Of a stretch of DNA of 64,000 nucleotides, positions 12,175 through 22,639 are shown piece by piece. Under the pieces are notes generated by a model. That model saw only the letters and a program-made list of their open reading frames with translations, did not search any database and was not told the origin of the DNA. Location: positions 2,480,001 through 2,544,000 of the forward strand of contig CM060732.1 in the NCBI GenBank assembly GCA_030704615.1, in the 5' to 3' direction. Within the stretch, counting starts at the first letter, position 1. The number at the start of each line of letters is the position of its first letter. The position numbers were made by a program, and so were the translations under genes. This DNA is from Takakia lepidozioides (taxonomy: Eukaryota; Plantae; Bryophyta).

Positions 12175-12614
12175 GAGGGACGTCTACACCGCAGTTCATG
12201 GGCAGGAGGAACGTGCATTTTTTTGCCAGGGGGGGTTTCATGCCTAGTCCAGAAAGGGACTACATCCTTCCTACTTATGTTGCCCGGCTTGCTTTGGTGT
12301 CCATTAGGAGGTATTCCGAACCTAGTCGTGTACAGCAGATTTTAGACGAGGCAAGCCTCAAGAAAATGAAGATGAGGGAGGAGGCAGCAGCTATTAGAGC
12401 CCGTCAGGCTCGTAGATTTGTCTTGGATTCAGCTGAGGAAAGTGAGGGAGAAGATGCAGAAGATTCCCAGGAGGTGAGGTGGACAGTCCCCCAAGAGGAC
12501 GGGATTTTTGAGAGGCATAGAGGAACTAATGCATCACAGAGCTCGGAGGATGAGGGGGATGAGGGGGATGAGGAAGAAGGTGGGGCAAGTTCCTCGGAGG
12601 GTGTAGGAGAGTAG
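12175..12614 (+). CDS. Acidic-tailed probable terminal exon of a divergent accessory gene in family B (unknown function)
   Basis: ORF 12198-12614 is preceded by a pyrimidine tract and TACTGTAG|G acceptor at 12174. It is also open in B2 (36773-37212). Confidence 0.45.
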
Positions 12615-15400
12615 TGCCCATGCCGGCTATGACAGTTAGAACACACTTGTATAGACGTGGCTTGCCACAAAATTTGCAATAAAATGTTGCATTTCAAGTC
12701 CACTGGTGCCACATTCCAACTTCACATGACCCTATTTCCGTGCCTCCTAACCCTATTTCCGTGGATTCACAATGGTCTGCTCATGCTTTTTTTTTTTCCG
12801 CTCATGCTCATGCCGCTCATGAAATAGCAGCCCCCCCTCCAAGCCTGGTGTACCCAAGGTTGCAGTCACTGAGGACAATTGGGAACCAGATGTTGGACCT
12901 ACAGTCACCGGATGAGAGAGACGGAGGATCCAGCGATTTCTAAGGGCTTATAGAAATTACTTTGCCTTCAGTTTGAAGGATTTGGGGAGTTTGAAGGGCC
13001 AGGAGATTCATATTGAATTGGCAAGTGACACACCAATTTTTTGAAGGCCCTACAAGTATAGTGACATGGATAGATCTTTGATCTGGAGTCAACTATGGAG
13101 TTGTTCGAAGCTGGATTGGTGGAGTTGTCAGGGGGGGGGGGGGGGGGGGGGGGAATGCCTCGGCAACGGTGATGCCAGATAAGAATGATATCTATGGCAA
13201 TTGGACAGAAAGAAGGATGTATGGGGACTATCGTCATGTGAACCGTCAGACTAAATCCGATAGATATGCCATGCCAACTCCAGAGGAAATCTTTGATGCT
13301 ATTGGGCATGCAAAGGTGTTTAGCACATTGGGCTTGCGATCCGGTTACCATCAATTGCCAATCAAAGAGGCTGACAAGCAAAAGACATCATTCTGGGGGA
13401 TTGACCAACATGGGAAGGATTGCTTGTACCAACTGGGTTGAAGAATGTTGCTGTAGAGTTTCAGAGGGTCATGGATAGGATTCTTGCGGGGCTAGAATTC
13501 GCCCGGTGCTACATTGATGACATCATCATCTTTAGTGCTATGATTGAGGAGCACAAGAGACACCTTCAGATGGTGTTTGAGCTAAAGGTGTCTCTCGTGC
13601 TCAAGAGAGCGCATGGGTTGAAATTGCACCTTGGGAAGTGCAAGTTCTTCCACAACCAGATTGAGTATCTGGGCCACATGATATACCCGGAAAGATTGGG
13701 TGTTCAAAAGACGAAGGTGGAGGCCATTGCACGCATTCCACGCCCCATAGATGTTAGCAGAGTTCGTGCTTTTATGGGGTTGACAAACTACTATCGACGG
13801 TTTGTCAAGGGATTTAGCAGCATCGCAAAGGCTCTTACTAAGTTGACCAAGGTGGGTCAGGAGTGGAAGTGGAAGGAGGAGTAGGAGGAAGCCTTTGAGG
13901 AACTCAAGGCTCGATTGACTTCTGCACCTATTTTGAGGCGGCCTATTCGGGGGCGGCCTTTCCAGCTACATACAGATTGAACTCCGAAGACTGCATCATG
14001 CAAGAAGCCATGAGTAGCAGGCAAACCAAATGCACGCAAATGGTCATTGTCTGGAAGTGCATCGGGCACTTATGCTTCAAGAGTTGACTTTCAGGTGGTG
14101 CATCGAGCCGGTATAGTCAATCAAGATGCAAATGGGTTGAGTCGTAATCCATGCACGAGCGAGCATGATGATACATGCGCTCGGTGGCATAGTGAGATGG
14201 ATGAGGAGATGGTGCCAGGATGACATGCATCTATCTTTTTGTGCATTCTAGCAATGAGAGCTCAAGCTGGTCCATCCCATAGGATTGGTTATGTAGATGG
14301 TGTGCATGACGATCCAGAGATTAGTGAGGAGTTTGGTGGTGCTAAGGATGTGCATGAAGATGCAGTAGTGTTGGCCTACCTTCGTATCGAAGAGACAGCA
14401 GCTAGTCTGACTGCTAAGGAGAGAGACCGGATCCTACAACAAGCCAAGAGGTTCAAGCGGGAGATGACTCACCTACTCCGTATATGGGAGGATGGACGAG
14501 TGAGGATTGTGCCTCACCCAATACAACGAGTGCGATTGGTACGCCATGCCCATGAGGAGTTGGGACATTTTGGGATGCGACACACTCATAGTTTGCTGCA
14601 AGGGCAGTATTGGTGGCGGGGCATGCACACGGATGTGCAGCAGTTAGTGACAACGTGCATGGTGTGTGATAGAGTGCGGGCTTCTTTCAACGCACCTACT
14701 CCACAATTGCATCATTTACCCATTATGGGTTTGTGCTATCGTTGGAGTCTTGACTTCGCAGGCCCATTGTCACTAACGATTCGCCATAACAAGTATGTGC
14801 TGGTGATGGTTAAATATTTCTCCAAATGGATTGAACTGGTGGCATTGCCTGACAAAGCAAGTGAGGGGACTGTGTATGCATTCTTAGATCGAGTGCTTAG
14901 CCAATTTGACCGAGGTACTCACGGACTAGGGGAGAGAGTTCTTAGGGGAGTATCAGGCTTTGTGCGAGCAAGTCTTGATAGATCACCGCACTACTTCTCG
15001 GGATCATCCCGAGGCTGATGGCTTGGCGGAGAGAGTTGTTCAGACAGTCAAGAGAGGCTTGCGCAAGTATGGCATGGAGAAGGGTCACTTAGAAGATTGG
15101 GACCTCCAGCTACCTTGGTTGGCCATGGGCTACAGGTTTAGCAAGCAAGCATCACTTGCCTCGTTCTCACCTTACTTTCTGCTCTTCGACCGAGAGCCAG
15201 ATTTGCCTACATCCATTCGCAGGGAGGCCGCAGTAGTTCTCAACCTTGATGATCCGGATGTGTGGACACAAGCGTGTGACCAACAACGGGCAGAGTATTC
15301 AGGAGAGTCATGCCTATGGCTTTTGAGAACAAGGAAAAAATCCAGAAACAAGTAACAGAGACGAGGAGAAGCTGTGGAACAATGGTGGGACAATCAAGGT

Positions 15401-15541
15401 TTTGGGCTGATGAGCACGACCCCTACAGGGATGTCTCTCCATCTCGTGAAGAATCTTCGGGTGTGTGGTGACTGCCACACTGCCACCAAGTTCGTTTCGA
15501 AGTTGTTGGCCAAATGCAGTTGTAAGGAGTATTGCACTTGA
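15401..15541 (+). pseudogene. DYW deaminase domain remnant of a PPR editing factor
   Basis: Translates FGLMSTTPTGMSLHLVKNLRVCGDCHTATKFVSKLLAKCSCKEYCT*. Contains the KNLRVCGDCH motif and a CSCKDYW-like end, with an internal deletion. Confidence 0.9.
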
Positions 15542-15869
15542 TAGTTGTTAAGTAGAGTCCGTCATTCTAGTAGTACTAGAACTGTAGTAGTACTTAAAAA
15601 CTTCTGCCCTTGTGTCGGTTTGCTTAATTTTTGCTCCACATTAGACTTTGAGGCATCCGTGGGAATGCTTGTCCAACTTGGAATTTTGTAATATGATTTA
15701 CAGGGCTTGTACTCCCCACAAGCCCCTTTGGCCTTCCATTCTATTTTCCCAAAAACATAATGAAGAATTTAAATCAATTAATAATCCAAATTTTATGATT
15801 TTGTAATTTGATTTATTAAAATTAAAAACATTATTAAAAAATGTTTCAAAAATGATGTGTCAAATCCGC

Positions 15870-16805
15870 AGTGGCACACGTGTCTATCCAGCGCCTCTCC
15901 ATGTAGGCATCGCTCTGCAGATATATAGTCATATGATCCCCTCACGAATGCGTGACGTGTCGCTTGCGCAGTGGTGCACGTGTTCCATTGAAGCCTCTCC
16001 ATGTAGGCAACGCTCAGTAGACAATGTAGTCATATAGTTAGTCATATGTAAGTCATAGAGTTGTGACTACATCACTCTCATCTGCATGACTCCAGGTGCC
16101 ACGCACGCAGTCACGGCTATGACTTGCAAAACGCAGTCCTAAAGACTAAAACCCATTGTTGGGCGCATTTTAATATATTTTAATCTAATGAAATCATACA
16201 TATTACTATATGACGTCAAACATTGTTGACCAAGAACACAGACTTGGTTTATATAACTAGTAGTCATACGCAATACTACACGTCACACACGTGCCATATA
16301 AGCTTATGACTAAATGACTACACCACTACTACACATTGATGACATGCCATAGAAGCTTATGACTACATGACTACAGGAGGTTTCAGAGCTCTGTTTATAT
16401 GACTACATCACTACACGTGGCATCTTAAGGCATATACATGAATGGGTTCATCCATTGGATGACCTCATCCATCTATCTTTAACGAAGCACTTGTGTCAAT
16501 GGAATGACACAAAGTGCAAAAAATTCAAAAATTCAAAAAGTTGCTTTAGGGTTGCCCATGTTCAGCCGTGAACACAGAGGGCTGGGACTTAGCCTCCTTT
16601 TGTCTCCCGGGCTACCATTTGTTTTCGTAGTATCGAGCCGAAGCTGTGAGAACTTGTGTCATGGAACACGATGATCGCAAGATATGCAATGCAGGGGCGT
16701 GGATGGAGGCTTTGCGACCTATTCTTGAGCAACTGATACAGCTTCCTTGAGCAAATGATGCGGGAATGGTGAGGATATGCACAGCGGGGACGTGGTATAG
16801 ACCTA
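15870..16805 (+). mobile_element. CACTA-type subterminal region followed by a PPR fragment
   Basis: ATGACTAC/GTCATA motif clusters. 16400-16800 is homologous to 20960-21007 + 27981-28270 and runs into a SWNxMIxxY-like PPR piece. Confidence 0.55.
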
Positions 16806-17020
16806 GTTGCAAATTTGGACGTGACGTGGCGTTGACGCGTCAGCGTCACGTCCGACGTCAACAACGGACGTGCGTCACGTCACGTCCTAAATCGACATTA
16901 CTGTACATAAATATGTTTATTTTTTTACTTCTATTGACTATTTACTATGAGAACCGACGTGGCAACCGATGTGGCCTCATTACGTGGACTTCTTTAATTA
17001 TCTATAATTTTTTTTAAATA

Positions 17021-17386
17021 GGTGCGACCACCAGAAGGGGGTGGTCGCATATTTTTTCTTATTTTTTAAATGGGTGCAATCACCAGCAGGTGGTGGTCGC
17101 AGCATTTTTATTTTTTTAATAGGTGCGACCACAAGCAGAGGGTGGTCGCACATTTTTTTTTAAAATAAAATTGGGTGCTACCACCAGCAGGTGGTGGTCG
17201 CAACTTTTTTATTTATTTTTAAATAGGTGCGACCACCAACAGGGGAGGGTCGCACATTTTTAATTATTTTTTAAATGGGTGCGACCACCAGCCGGTGGTG
17301 GTCGCAGACTTTTTCTTTTTTGTTATTAGGTGCGACCGCTCCTTGGACACGTGACGAGGCGTGAATGGGCAGCAGAGGCGGTCGCA
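17021..17386. repeat. Array of TGCGACCACC-N(5-7)-GGTGGTCGCA hairpins, about 52-bp period, T-rich spacers
   Basis: Six copies at about 17021, 17073, 17122, 17174, 17226 and 17278, plus a degenerate seventh. Confidence 0.88.
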
Positions 17387-17406
17387 CGCCAGGCCTCTCC
17401 AGGCAG

Positions 17407-17413
17407 TATATAA
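17407..17413 (+). promoter_or_regulatory. Putative TATA box
   Basis: TATATAA directly after the hairpin array, followed by a CT-rich leader, about 300 bp upstream of the ATG at 17711. Confidence 0.45.
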
Positions 17414-17710
17414 GGGCCTACCCCTCATTCCCAACCCACTTTTTTCCCTCTCTGTGAGTGCGGCTCTGGGGCTTCTTGGAGTTTGAACTTCGGTGGCCAG
17501 GACTGAGCGTTGGGGGGGGGGGGGGGGGGAAAGTAGATTTGTGTGGGGGAGGAGTTTTTGCCTTTTTTCCCTGGGTCTGCGGGAGAGTTTGCTTTGGGTA
17601 CTATACCAATAGAGGGTGAGGAAATTGGTCTGCTAGTATATAAGGTTATCAATAGTCTGGGTTTAGTTTTCCGTTACGAAGCCGCGTCTATTCCGCAGAG
17701 TACTTTCATC

Positions 17711-18540
17711 ATGTCCGGAAACGTTGCTTCGAACGCAGTGTCAGGGGGTTCCTCGGAAAGTGGGCGTAAAGGTAGGAAGCGTAAACATGCACATGAACGG
17801 GATAGTCAGGTCAACAAAAAAGACTATCCAAGCGCAGAGGCCGCGAAGGTGGTGAAGCAAGTAGTGCTGGATTATTTGAAGGACAATGACATAATGCGTT
17901 TGGATCTTTTGTATGTCCGACATGGGAATGAGGGGTTCCTTAGATTCCAGCACAATATGAAGATGAGAATGAGGGAGGCTTTGGCCGGGGATGAATGGGA
18001 GGAGGACATGGCGAAGTTCCAGTTCACGAAATGGATGGAGGACCGGGCCCATGATGCCACATGGAATCTGAGGCAAACCATGGACAAGTTTGTTACAAGA
18101 ACACCTGTAGCTGAAGGTCGCATGCCAACTTCGGAGGAGGAGCTGTTTGTGCTTGTGGATTGGTGGTCTGACATGGCAAAGGCCCACGCCAAACGACGTA
18201 AAAAACCACTCCCATGGAAGGCATGGTCCTCGTCCGCGGATGCGGCATTGAACGTGAGATACATATCCACAAACGCACAGGTACAACAACTCGACACGCC
18301 CAAACAAAGAGGGTATGGTACAATTCGGAGGGTTAGAATTGTTGGGGATCAATTCATTCCTCCATCTTGGGAGCTAACAGGGAAAACGCCCAGGGAAACA
18401 AATGCTGAGCTTGCCAAAGTCCAACATAACAATGAGGCGTTGGCTGTAAAGTTCCATCATTCGGCATCATAAAGTATTTTGCGTTGCATCCACGTTGAAA
18501 TGAAGGTTACACACATTGGTGGAATGGGGGGACCATACGA
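17711..18540 (+). pseudogene. Truncated protein with basic N-terminus and a protein-kinase-like N-lobe
   Basis: RKGRKRKH (NLS-like), then RGYGTIRRVRI (G-loop-like), ELTGK, NEALAV. After a frameshift it continues H.GIIKYFALHP...YTHWWNGGTI and breaks off before the catalytic loop. Confidence 0.55.
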
Positions 18541-18544
18541 TCAT

Positions 18545-19230
18545 GGTTGAGATTGACAGGAAATGGGGGAATGATCGGGATAACATGGAGTTAATGGAAC
18601 GACGGGGGACGGAGCTTTAAGTGGTTTGTGCACTTGTGACAGACTTTGAAAAACAGACAAGTGTCCATACCATTGTAGGATGATGCTATTGATCAAATGG
18701 TTCCAACAATAAACTTTATTCTGAATCTGAAACATATTCGTCATCCTCTGAATCAGTTTCCTCAACTGGAGTAGCGGCTGGTTGTACAAATGCCGCTTAA
18801 ATGCAGGTAGCCAACATAGCCAAGTCTTCAGTTTCTCATGTTAGTTCTAGAATGTTATGTGGTTAAAGATACCTGAGTGATTAGTACCACTTGGACAGTG
18901 GTACATAGTGAGTGGTTAAAGACACTGCAGTGATTGGTATCACTTGGACGGTGGTAGATTGTGAGTGGTTAAAGATACCTTAGTGACTGGTACCACTCTT
19001 GTGGTGATACATGAAAATGTTTAAGTGGTTTGTGCACCTGTGGCAGACTTTAAAAAACATACAAGTGTCCAAATCATTTTAGGATGATGCTATTGAACAG
19101 ATGGTTCCAAACAATCAACCTTATTTTGAACACAGTATTCATTCTCTGAAGCACTTTCCTCAACTGGAACAATGTTTGGTCATACAAAACTAGCTTGAAA
19201 TATGGTAGCCAACATAGCCAACTCTTCTCC
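18545..19230. repeat. CACTA-related internal repeat, about 400-bp duplication with AGTGGTTAAAGA motifs
   Basis: TTAAGTGGTTTGTGCAC at about 18617 and 19021. The motifs are the reverse complement of those at 6780-6850. Confidence 0.55.
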
Positions 19231-20343
19231 ACTTAGAGCCGTGGCACCATCTAATGACCTAGGTATGGGCTGATCTGATAAGGTAGAGGGTGCCCATAGA
19301 CCATCAAAATTTACATTTTCTCCAATGTCCAAACTTCAACGATGAATTTTAGAATGAAAATAAATTAAGCCAGTTCCAAAAATACAAAATTTCCAAATAA
19401 TTGAACTCACTACAAGGCTTGAAAATAGTTGCTTACATTTCATTCAAATTTTTATATGTCACATCTAGTAGATAAGCCTGATAATTTGTGAGTTGTAGCT
19501 CCTAGGATAATCTAATATACTTTGGAAAAATCTATAGATTTTTTGCAAGAGCCCAAAAATGAGCTTTAGGTAGGTAGCATTGTAAGCCCTGAAGCTATCC
19601 CCCCAAAAACTACGTCAAACAGGTTTCATATGACCCGGATATGGCCAAACATGCATTACATAATTTAAATTTGGTCATATTAATTAGTTCATTTTGGCCT
19701 GCCTTTATCGATTTCTACTACCACTTCATAAAAAAAAAAATATTGTACTCATTACAATAAAGTGAAATTCACATACCATACCATATATAAAAAGGACGTA
19801 GCAGGATTTGGGCCCCAAACCACTAGGGTAACAAAAAATGTACTATCCAATAAAAGTTCAAAGTAATTCAAAATAGATTTAGGGTTGCGGGGTTGTGTGC
19901 TGAATGATGAGTCTTGGACTTGGTCGTTTTCTTTGTTTGTGTCGTGGGATGATTTGCAGGTGAATAGCTAGGGTCCAAGATGGAAGCTTTGGAGACCACT
20001 TGCGCTCAAGCGATGTGGGGAGGGTTGAGCTCGACAGCTTTGGAGACATGCGCGCAATCGATGCGGGGAGGGTTGAAGCTCGACAGCTTCCTAGCTTTTT
20101 CATGCGGCCCTCAATATCGTCCTCTCCACCCTCCTCTCTACCCCATCTTTCTTTCACATTGTATGTTTCTCCTTAGTCCACGCCCAAGCACTCTCCAACT
20201 CTCCATCAATCTCGCTCCCACCCTCTTCATTTCTCATGCTTTTGTTGCAGTAGGTCGCTCGAGGCTTGGGTCTTTTGTTGCCGGTTCCTTAGGGGCACCA
20301 TTGCCAGGAAGTTGCATTCTAGGGCTCAGCTATTTATATATTC

Positions 20344-20610
20344 ATGAAGGGAAAAGAGGTCCATGGTGACATCGTCAAGGCTGGAATAGTACCAGATGTC
20401 ATTCTGAACAATACCCTTGTTGATATGTATGCCAAATGTGGGAGCATTGTGGATGCAAAGGAAGTGTTTGATGGGCAAACGAGATGTGGTGTTCTGGAGT
20501 GCTATGATTGCAGGACATGCACAACATGGATATGGGGGATGGAGGGTCTCCCCCTGTGAGCAAATGCACATCAGCAGGGGGTGAAGCCAGACCGAGTTTA
20601 CATTCATTTC
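20344..20610 (+). pseudogene. PLS-class PPR fragment
   Basis: KGKEVHGDIVKAGIVPDVILNNTLVDMYAKCGSIVDAKEVFD, then frameshifted. Confidence 0.9.
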
Positions 20611-21007
20611 TGTTGTGCCCTATCTTCATGCCAATTTCTCCAATTTGGGTGTGTTATGGCTTCACTACAAGAGATGAGTTTTTTTAGGACTACGGCGTTT
20701 GCAGAGTCATAAAAACAGCACTAGGTACATGACTACAGAACGTTGAAATGCGTTGCAATCATAGTTTTATCACTCTGTAGTAATGGATATCACTACATGA
20801 CTCCGGAAAGGTAGGGAGCATTGGTCAAACATTGTTGACCATGATGACAGGGATGGCTTATATGACTCACGTCATATGGAGGACTACACGTGGATGAGTT
20901 TTCCTATAATCGTATGACTTCATGACTGAATATGGTTTCGCAACTCTAGGTATACGATTGCATCACTACACGTGTCATTTTGAAGGCACATACACGAATG
21001 TATTCAT

Positions 21008-21736
21008 TGTCGCGCACCTCACTTCGGTAAGCTCCCCCTCAAGTCATAGTTACTCGCTTTGATGCGCGTGCCTGACTCCCAACCTGGCCGCCGGGCAAAC
21101 TTGGAGCTTCGGCTGCTCACCGGGGCATAACGGTCCCCCCTCTGTTCTCCCAAAGAACCCTCCACCGATTTGGAACCAGCGGGAATTCCCTTTGGTAGTT
21201 GGCAGTCCGAAACAGCTCCCCACTCTTTGGTCGCTTTCCGGCTCGCTCGCTTACTCACTAGTTTTTGGTCACCAACGGGCTTGCACCGTTCTCGGGGTTA
21301 CTACTCCCTATATATACTTCTGTAGCTGTCCGCGGGGGTTTCACAACCAGCCATGCCATTTTATGGCGAACCACCACGAAAACCCTCGACTCCCGGTGAT
21401 GAGTCGCGGTGAGTCTTGGCCCACTCACCACGGCCCCTATGGACCGTGATGAGTCCCAAGACTCCCCATGACTCCCACCACGAGGTCTCCGCCCCCATGG
21501 TGAGTCCTATGCCACCCCCACTAAGTCCCGCTAAGCTACCACCACCCCTTGTGGAGCCACCCCCACCGCAACCCGGTGTGCAGGGCTCCACCTAGTGAGC
21601 GCCTCCGCTTCCCTGAGTGCCTTGGGCACTCAAGGGTGCTTCAGCCCCCCCATACCTATCGCTGCCGCTGCCCCCACCACAGGGGCAGCCCCTCATGTGT
21701 CCCGACCCCCTGCCCTCAAGGCAAAGGGCCGTGACA
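21008..21736 (-). repeat. 3' LTR
   Basis: About 10 differences (counted by eye) from 27253-27980. Confidence 0.95.
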
Positions 21737-22639
21737 CACACCCCTACCAACAGGGAGTCGATGTCCTCATCGACTTGTCCATTTTGTAGAAACGAACATC
21801 CAAGTTGTGGCGTCCCACATCAAGGAGTTTGTTTCCGTACCATGGCGTCCCATGGCAAAGAACCAAACCCCACACTTGACTCTACTCTCCACTAGCTAGT
21901 TCGGCCGACTTCCTCCAAGTCCCGGCCAGGGTGGAGCCTCTCGAGCTCCTCCCAGTGCACTCTTCTTGGCCTTCTTCAAGGTCAAGGAACGATCCTCCCT
22001 GAGGATCGAATCGCCTTACTGCAACAACATTGCTTGCGATCGCTCCTGATGCCGCTTTTGGCATCACTTTGAGCAAGGGTTCACCTCAAACCCCCTTTGA
22101 CTAGGAAGATAACCTTGAACCAACCGTGCGCCCCAATCACTACAATTGGGTCCGTCTTGGAATGTTGGCCTGAGGTACGGGAACACGTCGAAGCCGCACT
22201 ACGACTTCGTCCCGAGGCTACACGATTATAGTACGTGAACGGAAGCACATAGCTTCCGCGTTAGCCCGCACTACAAGGCAACCACCTCGGTAGCGCAGTT
22301 ATAGTACGCGCACGCGCCAGTGCACACTAGCACGTGAACTCCCAAAGAAGGCGCATGTTTCCTTGCCCCTTGGATGGGAGTCGCCCGATTTCGGCACTGC
22401 GCAAACACACGATTAACCCAATTTACCTCTCCCACTTTTGTAAGCTAGCATGCATTCTACACACTAGCCAACCACACCATGCATCACCATTCCAAACAAA
22501 ATAGGACCCACAACATTTGGAACCCATTTCCTTTATAACAAATTTTTGTACAATACAAGTTTTTGCAATCAGATCCTGAGCTAGCTAAGCCGGGCTAAGC
22601 ATGCATTTCCTCCCCCACGCTCCAAGGTTGATGTCCCCA

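Larger units (their letters stand above)
7571..12835 (-). mobile_element. MULE-like family B, copy B1 (internally deleted, non-autonomous)
   Basis: Termini GGAGGTTAGCTATTTCATGAGC ... GCTCATGAAATAGCAGCCCCC. CATGAGCGG repeats at the ends. Flanking direct repeat CCTCCAA (7564-7570 and 12836-12842). Near-identical inverted copy at 36552-45123. Confidence 0.92.
7265..15330 (+). mobile_element. Degenerate Ty3/gypsy pol fragment (RT, RNase H, integrase), interrupted by MULE B1
   Basis: RT motifs DIYGNWTERRMYGDYRHVN, LRSGYHQ, CYIDDIIIFS. Integrase H..LGHFG..., C..C, LDFAGP, DGLAER. Many stops and frameshifts. Continuous across B1 via the CCTCCAA duplication. Confidence 0.85.

Noticed and set aside
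9192-12241. Many overlapping ORFs (MEIRRRISI..., KWRRISDF...), also at 37140-40640
   Set aside because: Artefacts of stop-poor palindromic repeats, appearing on both strands.
16829-16840. GCGTTGACGC match to the family A/C core
   Set aside because: Single 10-bp match in an ACGT-rich hairpin without matching arms; probably chance.
21019-21895. ORFs within the LTRs (also 27605-27996 and 62459-63183)
   Set aside because: GC-rich LTR sequence; recurrence is explained by LTR identity.
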